DNA from: Gammaproteobacteria bacterium
GTDB lineage: Bacteria > Pseudomonadota > Gammaproteobacteria > Steroidobacterales > SZUA-146
Direction: 5' to 3'
Length of the DNA stretch: 43,889 nucleotides
Assembly: GCA_013002925.1 (NCBI GenBank)
Contig: JABDLQ010000184.1
Coordinates: forward strand, 1 to 43,889
The translations under genes and the position numbers were made by a program. This document shows, piece by piece, positions 34,444-43,889 of the stretch. Position 1 is the stretch's first letter; each line of letters starts with the position of its first letter. The notes below the pieces were generated by a model, which was not told where the DNA came from, made no database searches, and saw only the letters and a list, made by a program, of their open reading frames with translations.

Positions 34444-35926
34444 ATTCCACCGGCACAGCACGATCCCGAGCCCACCTCCGCAGCTGTGAGATTTTCTCAG
34501 CCATCGTGACTGACAAAGGATAGGTGCTGCGGATTTCAGCCACCAGATGCTTGTCGCTCACCGTTTCATCCTGGGCATGGGCTGCATACATGGCTGCCAC
34601 AATCGCCTGTTCCAGCTCAGCGCCTGAGAAGCCATCGCAAAGTTGTGCCAGGCGGGGAACATCAAACTGCCGGTCATCCAGATCACGTGACTGCAAATGT
34701 ACTCGCAGAATTTCCTCGCGCGTGCCCGCTTCGGGCAGATCTACAAAGAAAATTTCATCAAAACGCCCCTTGCGCATCAATTCAGGAGGCAGCTCGCTGA
34801 CATCATTCGCCGTGGCAACCACGAAGACCGCCTCCTTTTTCTCCGCCATCCAGGTCAGAAACGTGCCAAGTATGCGCTGGGATGTACCCGAAGAATCCGT
34901 ACCACCGGCTACCGATTTTTCAATTTCGTCGATCCACAACACGCACGGCGACATGACCTCTGCAGTCTCCAGTGCGGAGCGCAGATTGCGCTCGGATTCG
35001 CCATGATATTTGTTAAACAGGCGACCGAAGTCAAGCCGCAACAATGGCGCACCAAATATGCCGGCGACAGCTTTTGCTGCAAGACTCTTACCGCATCCCT
35101 GCACGCCCAGTAACAACACGCCCTTGGGGTGCTGCAGTTGATCTGCCGCTCCCCTGAATGCGTCACGCCTGTGGCTTAACCACTCTTTCAGCCGCTCTTG
35201 CCCACCAACATCCGAGAAGCGTGCCGTATCGTATTCATACGTCAACACTCCCTCGCGATTCAGCAATTGATATTTTGACTGCATGACGATATCCACATCA
35301 CTTTTTGAAATCGCCCCATCCTGATAAATTGCATTACGTGCCAGCCGGCGTGTGTCACCGTGCGTGAGACCGGCAAGGTTACGCACCAGCAACTTCAGCG
35401 CCTTGGAATCTACCTGCAATGACGCGCCCGGATGATCTGTCGCCCACTCCCGCGCTACCTCGCGAATAATTTTGGCGCGCTCGCGCGCGTCCGGCAGCGC
35501 CATTTCAAATGACACGCAAAAATGTTCGAGTTCCGGCGGGATGTCCAGCTTGTGGCTCAACAACACGACGGTGCGCTCGACTTCACCGCTTGCTATTGCA
35601 ATGTCCTTGAGCAAGCGCACGTGCAGTGGATCCTGCAAATAGGGATGGAAATCGAGTAGCACAAATATGCCACGCTGCCGCGAGCTGCGTATGTGTTTGA
35701 GTACCTCTTCCGGATCCGTCGTTTCTTCCTGAGGGACCAGTTCGATATCCAGGCGCTGCAGACCGTCCGTGATCGTCCAGCGAAACAGCGGCATATGATG
35801 TTTTGCCCCCAGCGCAAATGATTCTTTTACCATCAGGCTCAGCAACTGGGGCTCATCGTTGGATTCAATCGCAACGATCGGCGTGTGGGAACGCAACACC
35901 AGCTTCAAGTCCTGGCCTGAATCCAT
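34442..35926 (-). CDS. AAA+ family ATPase (single classic-clade AAA module with an ~250-aa N-terminal domain)
   Basis: The ORF-track ORF runs to 36004 and would overlap gcdH. I prefer the ATG at 35926 (MDSGQDLKL...). Walker A is GVQGCGKSLA, Walker B is VLWIDEIEK, sensor-1 is VVATAN, and the Arg-finger region is RKGRFDE. Confidence 0.85.
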   Translation of the reverse strand: MDSGQDLKLVLRSHTPIVAIESNDEPQLLSLMVKESFALGAKHHMPLFRWTITDGLQRLDIELVPQEETTDPEEVLKHIRSSRQRGIFVLLDFHPYLQDPLHVRLLKDIAIASGEVERTVVLLSHKLDIPPELEHFCVSFEMALPDARERAKIIREVAREWATDHPGASLQVDSKALKLLVRNLAGLTHGDTRRLARNAIYQDGAISKSDVDIVMQSKYQLLNREGVLTYEYDTARFSDVGGQERLKEWLSHRRDAFRGAADQLQHPKGVLLLGVQGCGKSLAAKAVAGIFGAPLLRLDFGRLFNKYHGESERNLRSALETAEVMSPCVLWIDEIEKSVAGGTDSSGTSQRILGTFLTWMAEKKEAVFVVATANDVSELPPELMRKGRFDEIFFVDLPEAGTREEILRVHLQSRDLDDRQFDVPRLAQLCDGFSGAELEQAIVAAMYAAHAQDETVSDKHLVAEIRSTYPLSVTMAEKISQLRRWARDRAVPVE

Positions 35927-35969
35927 CCTGTTTGCCTTCGTTAAGGTATGAAAAAGAGCATGTGCCGTG

Positions 35970-37157
35970 CTACCGGGAAAACGCCTGCAGTCCGGTTTGT
36001 GCACGGCCGAGTATCAGGGCATGAATATCATGGGTGCCCTCATAAGTATTGACAGCCTCCAGATTCATCATATGGCGAATCACATGATACTCGTCCGCAA
36101 TCCCGTTGCCTCCGTGCATGTCTCTGGCGGCACGCGCGATCTCAAGCGCTTTGCCACAGCTATTGCGTTTGATCAGTGAGATTGCCGTCGGGTTAAGCCG
36201 GTTCTTGTCCATCAGACGACCTGCCTGCAGACAAGCGTGCAGACCGAGCGTAATTTCCGTCTGCATATCCGCCAGCTTTTTTTGTACCAGTTGCGTTGCT
36301 GCCAGCGGCCGGTCAAATTGCTTCCGCTCCAGAGTGTACTGGCGCGCTGCGTGCCAGCAAAACTCGGCAGCACCCAATGCACCCCAGGCGATCCCGTACC
36401 GGGCTTTGTTCAGACAGCCGAACGGACCTGCCAATCCGCGCGCATTGGGTAACAGGTTAGCCGCAGGCACAAACACCTCATCCATGACGATTTCACCGGT
36501 AACCGATGCCCGCAGTGAAAACTTGCCTTCAATTTTTGGAGCGCTCAGCCCCTGCATTTCTTTCTCAAGAATAAAGCCCCGGATCTCCTCATCATCGGTT
36601 TTTGCCCAGACGATAAACACGTCGGCTATCGGTGAGTTCGTGATCCACATTTTGGACCCGCTGAGCGAATACCCGTCTGACACACTACGCGCCCGCGTTT
36701 GCATTCCTGCCGGATCCGAGCCGGCATCCGGTTCCGTCAGGCCAAAACACCCCACCCATTCGCCGGTTGCCAGCCTGGGCAGATATTTCTCCCGTTGTTC
36801 GGCACTGCCGTACTCGTGGATCGGATGCATCACCAAAGAGGATTGCACGCTCATGGCGGACCGATACCCTGAATCCACGCGCTCTACTTCCCGGGCAATC
36901 AGGCCATAGCTGACGTAGTTGAGGCCAGCGCAGCCATAACCATCAATCGTTGCACCCAGCATCCCCAGTTCGCCCAGTTCAAACATAATGTCGCGATCAA
37001 ACTCTTCATGACGATGAGCCTGCAGGACGCGTGGCAGCAGTTTACTTTGACAGTAATCCCGCGCGCTCTCAGCCACCAGAGCCTCGTCAGCATCCAGATT
37101 GTCCTGCAAACTGAGCGGATCCATCCAGTCAAAAGGTGGGGGTGAACTGCTGTTCAT
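35970..37157 (-). CDS. gcdH: Glutaryl-CoA dehydrogenase (acyl-CoA dehydrogenase family)
   Basis: 395 aa. [41 protein letters not shown] and the C-terminal [16 protein letters not shown] are typical of GCDH orthologs. Confidence 0.9.
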   Translation of the reverse strand: MNSSSPPPFDWMDPLSLQDNLDADEALVAESARDYCQSKLLPRVLQAHRHEEFDRDIMFELGELGMLGATIDGYGCAGLNYVSYGLIAREVERVDSGYRSAMSVQSSLVMHPIHEYGSAEQREKYLPRLATGEWVGCFGLTEPDAGSDPAGMQTRARSVSDGYSLSGSKMWITNSPIADVFIVWAKTDDEEIRGFILEKEMQGLSAPKIEGKFSLRASVTGEIVMDEVFVPAANLLPNARGLAGPFGCLNKARYGIAWGALGAAEFCWHAARQYTLERKQFDRPLAATQLVQKKLADMQTEITLGLHACLQAGRLMDKNRLNPTAISLIKRNSCGKALEIARAARDMHGGNGIADEYHVIRHMMNLEAVNTYEGTHDIHALILGRAQTGLQAFSR

Positions 37158-37414
37158 AGCTGTGCTCCTGCCAAACCCCGGGCAATATAGTCTGCCTCAC
37201 CGCAACCTGCCCGGGCATTACGATGAAAATCAGCGCCATCCGCCCCCGCTCTCGTGTCCGGAGTGCGGGGCAACAGCAATGTCACCACGGGACAGCGATC
37301 ATGTCGCTGCAAAGGTTCGCAATTTTAACAGTCCGCCCGCCAATACGGAACTACCGGCAAACCGGCTTGCCCTGATCGGGTCAGCACGTTTTGAGCCAGA
37401 GTCTGGTGCAATGC

Positions 37415-37966
37415 TTACTGAATCAGCGTAAGGAACTCATGCCGGGTCTTGTGACTTTCCCGCAGGGAGCCTAACAGGGCCGATGTACGCATCATCGAAC
37501 GTTGTTTCTCGACGCCCCGCATCATCATGCACATGTGCTGGGCTTCAACGACAACGCCCACACCAGCTGCCTCGGTAACCGTCTGAACAGCGTTGGCAAT
37601 CTGCAATGTCAGGCTTTCCTGAATCTGGAAGCGTCTGGCGTACATTTCCACGATCCGGGCAAATTTGGACAACCCCAGGACTTTGCCTTTGGGTACATAG
37701 CCGATATGGCACACACCATGAAATGGCAGCAGATGGTGTTCGCAGAGTGAGTAAAATTCAATGTTTCGCACCATCACCATCTCGTCGGTGTCAGAGGTGA
37801 AAACTGCATTGTTGACCAGGTCTTCTACATCCTCCCGGTACCCTTTCGTCAGGTATTCCATCGCCTTGGCGGCTCGCTTTGGAGTATTTTCCAACCCTTC
37901 CCGCGACGGGTCTTCACCGAGCGCCTGGATTATTTCCCGATAGTGCTCTGCAATTTTTGAACTCAT
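37415..37966 (-). CDS. folE: GTP cyclohydrolase I (type 1)
   Basis: 183 aa. Motifs are CEHHLLPF, the HMCMMMRGV active-site region, and [13 protein letters not shown]. Confidence 0.93.
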   Translation of the reverse strand: MSSKIAEHYREIIQALGEDPSREGLENTPKRAAKAMEYLTKGYREDVEDLVNNAVFTSDTDEMVMVRNIEFYSLCEHHLLPFHGVCHIGYVPKGKVLGLSKFARIVEMYARRFQIQESLTLQIANAVQTVTEAAGVGVVVEAQHMCMMMRGVEKQRSMMRTSALLGSLRESHKTRHEFLTLIQ

Positions 37967-38177
37967 AGATTAGTGATCTCTGTCAGCGTGAATTCCAGCG
38001 CGGCTGCTTACTGCCAGCCTGGCAAAAAGTCGTACACGTGCGGGGCCGAGTATAGCGGTTTTGCCACGCCTTGCGAAAACCAATTGCAGCAAAACGCTGA
38101 TGGCGTGAAAATTTACTGTCCCGCACGCACATAGCTGCCCGGGTGCGCTACACTCACCCGGTTTTCACTATAAAAAA

Positions 38178-39224
38178 ATGATTATGCAACTCGGTCTGAC
38201 CTCAATTTTCAGATTTCTGGATGCGGCGCCGTCAGACACTCTGGTCCTGGCGACTATCATCAAGACCACTGGCGCCAGTTACCGTAAAGCGGGCGCCATG
38301 ATGCTGATAGACGAGCAACTGCGGTCCTCGGGGCTGATCAGCGGCGGTTGTCTGGAAGATGACCTCAAAGCACATGCACGCAGCGTGTTCGAGACGGGTA
38401 ACGCCAAAACCGTGCTCTATGATCTGAGCACCGGAGACGACGCGACACTATGGGGTTTGGGACTGGGTTGCGGCGGCGAAATCACTATTTTAATGGAACG
38501 CATCAGCCCGACGAATCACTATGGCGGACTTGCCGCCCTTCGCACTCACTGGCAAAACGGTGTCTCCTGCGGCCTGGTGAAAATTGTTGCCCACGCCGAT
38601 GATGAGCAAGTCGGTCATTTTGCAGTTTGCCTTCCCGGTCAACGCGTCGCTTCGGAATTTGGCATGGGTCGATTCGAGATGTCTGACCGCGCCGTGACCG
38701 CGGCAACCTCCGTGGCGCAGATTCTGGCCACTCCTGTCAGTCCGGCCAATCGACTGCTGGTTTGCGGTGGCGGTCCGGACGCCATTCCACTTGTGCATTT
38801 CGCCAGCCAGCTATTCTGGTCAGTCACCGTGGCCGACCACCGTCCCGCCTACCTTACGGCTGAAAATTTCCCCGGGGCGGAGTCTTTGATGTGCAGCGAA
38901 CCCGCCAGCACACCGCGATCCGTTTTTGAGCATTTGCATGGTGCAGTCATCATGACGCATAACGTTACCCGCGACGTTGAGTGGCTGAAAATTCTCGTCG
39001 AACTCGATTTGCCGTATCTGGGTATACTGGGTCCGGTCGCGCGTCGCGACGCGTTGCTCGAACTGTCCGGAATCGATCAGAAGACCCGGCTGTACGGTCC
39101 GGCCGGACTGGATCTTGGTGCCGTATTACCCGAGGAGATTGCGCTGTCCATCATGAGTGAAATTCACGCCGTCATCAATGGGCGCCCGGGCTCATCCCTG
39201 GCCCTGATGCGGAACAGCACCTGA
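38178..39224 (+). CDS. XdhC/CoxI-family accessory protein (molybdenum-cofactor insertion chaperone-like)
   Basis: 348 aa. The N-terminal XdhC_CoxI-type region is TGASYRKAGAMMLI...GGCLE. The C-terminus is a Rossmann-like domain (LLVCGGGPDAIPL). Confidence 0.75.
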   Translation: MIMQLGLTSIFRFLDAAPSDTLVLATIIKTTGASYRKAGAMMLIDEQLRSSGLISGGCLEDDLKAHARSVFETGNAKTVLYDLSTGDDATLWGLGLGCGGEITILMERISPTNHYGGLAALRTHWQNGVSCGLVKIVAHADDEQVGHFAVCLPGQRVASEFGMGRFEMSDRAVTAATSVAQILATPVSPANRLLVCGGGPDAIPLVHFASQLFWSVTVADHRPAYLTAENFPGAESLMCSEPASTPRSVFEHLHGAVIMTHNVTRDVEWLKILVELDLPYLGILGPVARRDALLELSGIDQKTRLYGPAGLDLGAVLPEEIALSIMSEIHAVINGRPGSSLALMRNST

Positions 39225-39313
39225 TCAGGCGGCAATGTAAAAATCCATTAATTGTGACCACAATAAAGTGCGCGCGTGCTATTATCGCCGGCTATTTTCA
39301 CCTGGACAAACTC

Positions 39314-40003
39314 ATGCGCCCCATCGCTATACCTGTATTCTTTTTGTTAACGACATCGCTGATTGCCTGCAATCCGGATGAAGACGTTTCCAGGCTTGAC
39401 GCATCAGACATTGAAGCCGCAGGCTCTACCGCTGCTGAACTTGCAGCGACAACTGAGATTTCTGAACTCAGCAAGGTGCCGTCAGGCTCTTACACAATCG
39501 ATAAAAAACACGCGTATATCAGTTTTTCCTATCTGCACAAAGGATTGTCCAGACCAGTGGTCGGGTTTCGCTCGTTCGATGTGGAGATGGAACTGGACAC
39601 CCGAGCGCCACAAAACAGCATGATCAAAGTGGTTATCGATGCGGCAAGTATTGATTCACGGGTGTCAGAGTTTGACGAACATCTTCGGGATGACAAGCTG
39701 TTCGACGTTGCCAATTATCCAAACATTACCTTTACATCGACGAACATCCGGTTGACCGGGGTGAACGGCATGGAGGTGACCGGTGATCTTACGATGAAAG
39801 GCGTGACCCGGCCTGTCACCCTTGATACCAGCATCAACAAGGCGATGATTGATCCGCGTAAAAACCTGGCAATTATCGGGGTTTCAGCGACCACAACGAT
39901 TAAACGTTCGGACTGGAATCTTGGCTATGCCGTGCCGGTCGTTGGCGATGCCGTGACCATAAATATTGAGTTGGAGATGCCCCAGGTTCCATCTGAGGAC
40001 TAA
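39314..40003 (+). CDS. YceI-family (polyisoprenoid-binding-like) lipoprotein
   Basis: The ORF-track ORF starts at a GTG at 39254. I prefer the ATG at 39314 (MRPIAIPVFFLLTTSLIAC, lipobox). YceI-like motifs are YTIDKKHAYISFSY, ITFTST, GDLTMKGVTRPV and IKRSDWN. Confidence 0.82.
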   Translation: MRPIAIPVFFLLTTSLIACNPDEDVSRLDASDIEAAGSTAAELAATTEISELSKVPSGSYTIDKKHAYISFSYLHKGLSRPVVGFRSFDVEMELDTRAPQNSMIKVVIDAASIDSRVSEFDEHLRDDKLFDVANYPNITFTSTNIRLTGVNGMEVTGDLTMKGVTRPVTLDTSINKAMIDPRKNLAIIGVSATTTIKRSDWNLGYAVPVVGDAVTINIELEMPQVPSED

Positions 40004-40066
40004 TCCGGCACCATGCCTTTTTCCAAGGCCGAGCATTGGACCGGCGACAGCTAACAGACTGCCACT

Positions 40067-40094
40067 GGTCCGGAGTCGGTAAATCCTCCGGACC
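40067..40094. other. Perfect 9-bp GC-rich hairpin (GGTCCGGAG ... CTCCGGACC) between the convergent yceI-like and prpD genes
   Basis: The inverted repeat is read directly, with a loop of about 10 nt. There is no flanking T-run on either strand, so it is not a canonical intrinsic terminator. Confidence 0.4.
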
Positions 40095-40100
40095 CTGCAT

Positions 40101-41585
40101 TCAGATAACCAGCAAATCCATAAAATCGATGACACTGGTTTCCTGCAGTTGCCCTGCGTTTTTGCACAGCGCATAGATAGACTCACTACGCGCTGCCGGA
40201 AATCGGGTGGCCAGATTACGACGGAACTTCTGCTCCAGTACCGGGATGCCTTCCGCGCGGCGGCGGCGATGTCCCAGCGGGTATTCAATGGCAATTTTTT
40301 CGGTGCTGCTGCCATCACTGAAAAACACCTGCATGGCGTTGGCAATGGAGCGTTTGTCCGGATCATGATAATCCTTACTGTACTGCCGGTTTTCCGAGAT
40401 TTGCATCTTTGCACGCAACTCGTCGATCTGTGGTTGCGCCGCATGAAACTCGTCTTCGTAATGCTCTGCCACCAAATCGCCAAACAATAGCGGTACTGCC
40501 GCCATGTACTGTAGGCAGTGATCGCGATCGGCCGGATTGGCCAGCGGCCCTTCCTTCGAAATAATGCGAATTGCCGACTCGTGGGTTTCAATCACAATTT
40601 TTTCAATTTCCGCGATTCGGTCTTTAACCTGCGGATGAAGACGCACGGCTGCCTCACAGGCCGTTTGTGAATGAAATTCGGCAGGGAAGCTGATTTTGAA
40701 CAATACGTTTTCCATGACGTAGGTTCCGTAGTCACGCTGAAATCGGAACACGCGATCTTGTTCCGGCTTGAGCGCCAGATCAGCATTGGTGTGGCTAAAC
40801 GACACATCGTAAAACCCCCACTGTGGCGCCGTGAGCACTCCCGGTATACCCATTTCGCCGCGCAGGGACATGTCCGCCAGTCGCACCGCGCGCGATGTCG
40901 CGTCTCCGGCAGCCCATGACTTGCGCGAACCTGCATTGGGTGCATGACGGTAAGTGCGCAACGCGGAGCCATCTACCCAGGCTTGTGAAACGGCCGCCAT
41001 GATCTGCTCGCGAGTGCCGCCCATCATTTGTGTCACCACCGCCGCAGACGCGACTCGCACAAGCAGAACATGACACAAACCAACCCGGTTAAAACTGTTT
41101 TCAAGTGCCAGAACTCCCTGAATCTCATGCGCCTTTACCATCGCCTCCAGCACATCCTTCATCGTCAGTGCGGCCTGTCCATTTGCTACACGGACTTTGG
41201 ACAGATGATCAGCCACAGCCAGAATTCCGCCCAGATTATCTGACGGGTGACCCCACTCAGCTGCCAGCCAGGTGTCATTGAAATCGAGCCAGCGAATCAT
41301 ACAGCCGATATCCCATGCGGCTTTTACCGGATCGAGCTCGTACCGGGTGCCTGGCACACGTGCACCGTAGGGTACGACCGTACCTTGCACAAGAGGCCCC
41401 AGGTGCTTCGTGCATTCCGGAAAGCGCAAGGCCAAAAACCCACAGCCCAACGTATCCATGAGGCAATTGCGTGCCGTGTCCATGGCTTCATCAGAATCGA
41501 TCGTGTAATTCAGCACATAGTCGGCAATGTTTTGGATGACCTCGTCATAATCGGGACGCTCGTTCATTTCTACGTTGGCACTCAT
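40101..41585 (-). CDS. prpD: 2-methylcitrate dehydratase
   Basis: The ORF-track ORF runs to 41681. I prefer the ATG at 41585 ([16 protein letters not shown]...), with CAGGAAA upstream. MmgE/PrpD family sequence runs throughout, and the gene lies downstream of prpC. Confidence 0.9.
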   Translation of the reverse strand: MSANVEMNERPDYDEVIQNIADYVLNYTIDSDEAMDTARNCLMDTLGCGFLALRFPECTKHLGPLVQGTVVPYGARVPGTRYELDPVKAAWDIGCMIRWLDFNDTWLAAEWGHPSDNLGGILAVADHLSKVRVANGQAALTMKDVLEAMVKAHEIQGVLALENSFNRVGLCHVLLVRVASAAVVTQMMGGTREQIMAAVSQAWVDGSALRTYRHAPNAGSRKSWAAGDATSRAVRLADMSLRGEMGIPGVLTAPQWGFYDVSFSHTNADLALKPEQDRVFRFQRDYGTYVMENVLFKISFPAEFHSQTACEAAVRLHPQVKDRIAEIEKIVIETHESAIRIISKEGPLANPADRDHCLQYMAAVPLLFGDLVAEHYEDEFHAAQPQIDELRAKMQISENRQYSKDYHDPDKRSIANAMQVFFSDGSSTEKIAIEYPLGHRRRRAEGIPVLEQKFRRNLATRFPAARSESIYALCKNAGQLQETSVIDFMDLLVI

Positions 41586-41622
41586 ACTTTTTCCTGTTGT
41601 TCTGTGGTGAGAAAGGGAGAGT

Positions 41623-42750
41623 TCAGGGACGTTGTTCCATCGGTGGCACACGGCGGGGCGCCGGACCAATATACTCAGCATTGGGACGGATAATCCGATT
41701 ATCCGCGCGTTGTTCGAACACGTGAGCCGACCAGCCCGTCGTGCGCGACATCACAAAAATCGGCGTGAACAACTTGGTCGGTATTCCCATAAAATGATAG
41801 GCCGATGCGTGGAAAAAATCTGCATTACAAAACAGCTTCTTCTCCCTCCACATTACTTCCTCGCAGCGGACCGACACCGGATACAGCACCGTGTCGTTAA
41901 CTTCAGCCGCCAGTTTCTCCGACCATTTTTTTATGATCGCATTACGTGGATCCGACTCGGTATACACGGCATGCCCAAACCCCATAATCTTTTCCTTGCG
42001 TTTCAGCATCCCCATCACGGCCTGCTCGGCCTCATCCGCCGAAGACCACTGCTTTATCATATCCATGGCCGCCTCGTTGGCACCACCATGCAGCGGCCCG
42101 CGCAAGGAACCGATGGCAGCCGTAATACAGCTGTGTATGTCTGATAATGTCGATGCGCAGACTCGCGCAGTAAAGGTTGACGCATTGAATTCATGCTCGG
42201 CATATAACACGAGTGAGACCTGCATTACCTGTCGGTGTAACGCGCTGGGCGCCCGGTCATGCAATAAATGCAGGAAATGCCCCGCAATCGAATCTTCCCC
42301 GCTATCCATATCAACGCGCACGCCATCATGACTGTATCGGTACCAATAGCAAATCATCCCGGGCAGCGTCGCAATCAGGCGATCCGCCTGGTCTTTTTGC
42401 TGCTCGAAGCTGGTTTCGGTTTCCAGATTGCCGAGCATGGATACGCCGGTACGCAGAACGTCCATCGGGTGCGCTTCTTTGGGAATCAGTTCCAGTGCTT
42501 TTTTCAGCGCCGGCGGCAACGAACGCAATTCAACGAGTCGTGCACGATAGTCAGCCAATTGCCGTGCATTGGGTAATTCGCCGTTAAACAACAGATAGGC
42601 TATTTCTTCAAACTCACAGTTTTCAGCAAGGTCATCAACTTCGTAACCGTAATACGTCAGGCCTGAGTGACCCATTGCAACTGTACAAATTGCGCTTTTT
42701 CCTGCGATCTGCCCACGCAGACCAGCGCCGCCGGGGGTTTTCTCTGCCAC
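41623..42750 (-). CDS. prpC: 2-methylcitrate synthase (citrate synthase family)
   Basis: 375 aa with a GTG start preceded by AGGAG. Citrate-synthase motifs are GPLHGGANE and GFGHAVY. Its position between prpB and prpD supports the call. Confidence 0.92.
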   Translation of the reverse strand: MAEKTPGGAGLRGQIAGKSAICTVAMGHSGLTYYGYEVDDLAENCEFEEIAYLLFNGELPNARQLADYRARLVELRSLPPALKKALELIPKEAHPMDVLRTGVSMLGNLETETSFEQQKDQADRLIATLPGMICYWYRYSHDGVRVDMDSGEDSIAGHFLHLLHDRAPSALHRQVMQVSLVLYAEHEFNASTFTARVCASTLSDIHSCITAAIGSLRGPLHGGANEAAMDMIKQWSSADEAEQAVMGMLKRKEKIMGFGHAVYTESDPRNAIIKKWSEKLAAEVNDTVLYPVSVRCEEVMWREKKLFCNADFFHASAYHFMGIPTKLFTPIFVMSRTTGWSAHVFEQRADNRIIRPNAEYIGPAPRRVPPMEQRP

Positions 42751-42769
42751 GTCAAATACTCCTGATTAA

Positions 42770-43648
42770 TTATTTATCGCCAAACAAGGCGTCCAGTTTC
42801 TGCTCAAACTCGTGATAGCCCAGATAGTCATAAAGTTCTTCCCTGGTCTGCATGATATCGATGACACTGCGTTGATGGCCTTCAGTCAAAAGTGCGGCAT
42901 ACACCAGTTCCGCCCCTCGATTCATGGCGCGATACGCACCGCAACAATACAGCACAATGTCGACACCGACTGCACCCAGTTCGGGAGTGCTGAACAAGGG
43001 GGTTTTTCCAAACTCGGTGATGTTGGCCAGGATGGGCACGTCTACCGATTCACGAAACGATCGATACTGATCAAGTTCATATATTGCTTCGGGAAACAGC
43101 ATGTCGGCACCGGCCTCAATGTAAGCGCCGGCCCGATCGAGGGCGGCCTGCATTCCTTCGCTTGCTAACGCATCAGTCCGCGCCATGATCACGAAACTCT
43201 CGTCGTTGCGGCTGTCAACAGCGGCCTTGATGCGGTCGACCATCTCCCCCGTAGACACGATCTCTTTGCCGGGGCGATGACCGCAGCGTTTTTGCGCCAC
43301 CTGGTCTTCGATATGCATGCCGGCGGCGCCGGCTTTGGTCATCGAACGCACAGTACGGGCGATGTTGAACGCACCGCCAAAACCAGTATCCGCATCTACC
43401 AGCAAAGGCAGCTCGCAGATATCCGTGATGCGGCGGATATCGGTCAGCACGTCGTCGAGGTTACTGATCCCAAGGTCAGGCAACCCCAGCGAGTTGGCAG
43501 CAACGCCACCCCCCGACAAATACAAGGCCTTGTGACCAATGCGCTCGGCCATGCGCGCAGTAAAGGCGGTGATGGTTCCCACCACCTGCAACGGTTTGTG
43601 ATCGGCAACCGCCGCGCGCAATCTCTGTCCAGCTCGGTCATTAGCCAC
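42770..43648 (-). CDS. prpB: 2-methylisocitrate lyase
   Basis: The ORF-track ORF runs to 43726. I prefer the GTG at 43648 ([14 protein letters not shown]...), with AAGGAG 6 nt upstream, giving a typical ~292-aa PrpB. Isocitrate-lyase/PEP-mutase motifs are [10 protein letters not shown] and [13 protein letters not shown]. Confidence 0.9.
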   Translation of the reverse strand: MANDRAGQRLRAAVADHKPLQVVGTITAFTARMAERIGHKALYLSGGGVAANSLGLPDLGISNLDDVLTDIRRITDICELPLLVDADTGFGGAFNIARTVRSMTKAGAAGMHIEDQVAQKRCGHRPGKEIVSTGEMVDRIKAAVDSRNDESFVIMARTDALASEGMQAALDRAGAYIEAGADMLFPEAIYELDQYRSFRESVDVPILANITEFGKTPLFSTPELGAVGVDIVLYCCGAYRAMNRGAELVYAALLTEGHQRSVIDIMQTREELYDYLGYHEFEQKLDALFGDK

Positions 43649-43889
43649 GCTGTGCTCCTTTATCAATGGGTGCAGCGACGGTGCCACTGTCAGCACTCTG
43701 GGCGCTTTGCTCAACGCGCTGCTCAATATTCAAACGCGCGGCACGGATATGGCGACGCATGAGAATTTCTGCAAGTTCACCATCACGTTCTGCAATGGCA
43801 GACAGTATGCGCTGGTGCTCAATCAGCGCCCTGTGGGGACGACCTTTGTGCGCGCTGAACTTGTTGCGATACATGCGCATCAACTGGTA
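43641..43889 (-). CDS. Partial CDS (3' end only): GntR-family regulator, FCD ligand-binding domain; probable prp operon regulator
   Basis: The frame is open to the right window edge. The helical C-terminal sequence ([30 protein letters not shown]) is typical of FadR/FCD-type GntR proteins. Its stop overlaps the prpB start. Confidence 0.75.
   Translation of the reverse strand, partial: YQLMRMYRNKFSAHKGRPHRALIEHQRILSAIAERDGELAEILMRRHIRAARLNIEQRVEQSAQSADSGTVAAPIDKGAQRG

Noticed and set aside
36106-36909. 267-aa + strand ORF antisense to gcdH; similarly 10860-11507 and 11116-11601 antisense to the ABC ATPase gene
   Set aside because: These are typical antisense shadow ORFs in GC-rich coding sequence. 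The opposite-strand genes have unambiguous family motifs.
37177-37215. 8-bp inverted repeat CCCGGGCA ... TGCCCGGG with a 23-nt spacer, just upstream of gcdH
   Set aside because: It could be a 5'-UTR structure or an operator, but no associated regulator gene or second copy is present. It is left unassigned.
39884-40591. 235-aa - strand ORF spanning the yceI/prpD junction
   Set aside because: It is out of frame with prpD, whose family identity is clear. It runs across the intergenic hairpin into the antisense of the yceI-like gene, and its composition is implausible.

Overview
This looks like a chromosomal segment of a Gram-negative bacterium, probably a gammaproteobacterium. That guess rests on a gamma-type CTGT-N8-ACAG LexA box, an alkB/GntR pair and a prpBCD operon. 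I found about 40 protein genes. By eye I saw no rRNA, tRNA, CRISPR array, transposase or integrase.

Gene order, left to right:
- partial secreted-protein gene
- UvrD-family helicase with a LexA box
- 1068-aa membrane-anchored coiled-coil protein
- cNMP-binding protein
- GntR regulator divergent from alkane hydroxylase AlkB
- six-gene operon for a peptide/nickel-type ABC importer plus a beta-hydroxyacid dehydrogenase
- orphan GT4 glycosyltransferase
- about 17 kb of cell-envelope genes (16.6-33.2 kb)
- class I fructose-bisphosphate aldolase, AAA+ ATPase, glutaryl-CoA dehydrogenase, FolE, XdhC-like protein and YceI-like lipoprotein
- 2-methylcitrate operon prpB-prpC-prpD with a partial GntR-type regulator

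The standout is a tightly packed minus-strand cluster at 16619-25517, possibly extending to 28498. It encodes:
- a transmembrane Ser/Thr kinase with periplasmic TPR and PEGA domains
- a multi-PEGA protein ending in an FGE/SUMF1-type domain
- a small acidic secreted protein
- a MotA/ExbB/TolQ-family channel protein
- a degenerate Hsp70/actin-fold protein fused to FHA
- two paralogous proteins, each with an ExbD/TolR-like Asp-containing TM helix, a coiled coil and a vWA domain with a MIDAS motif

I read it as a candidate undescribed ion-driven stator (5:2 MotAB/ExbBD-type) whose B subunits carry vWA heads. It appears wired to a kinase/FHA/FGE signalling set with the same domain vocabulary as the type VI secretion threonine-phosphorylation pathway. 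No T6SS, flagellar, Tol-Pal or TonB-receptor core genes are present in the window.

All functional calls come from motif recognition in the supplied translations. No database search was run. Hand-derived coordinates for small sites may be off by 1-2 nt.
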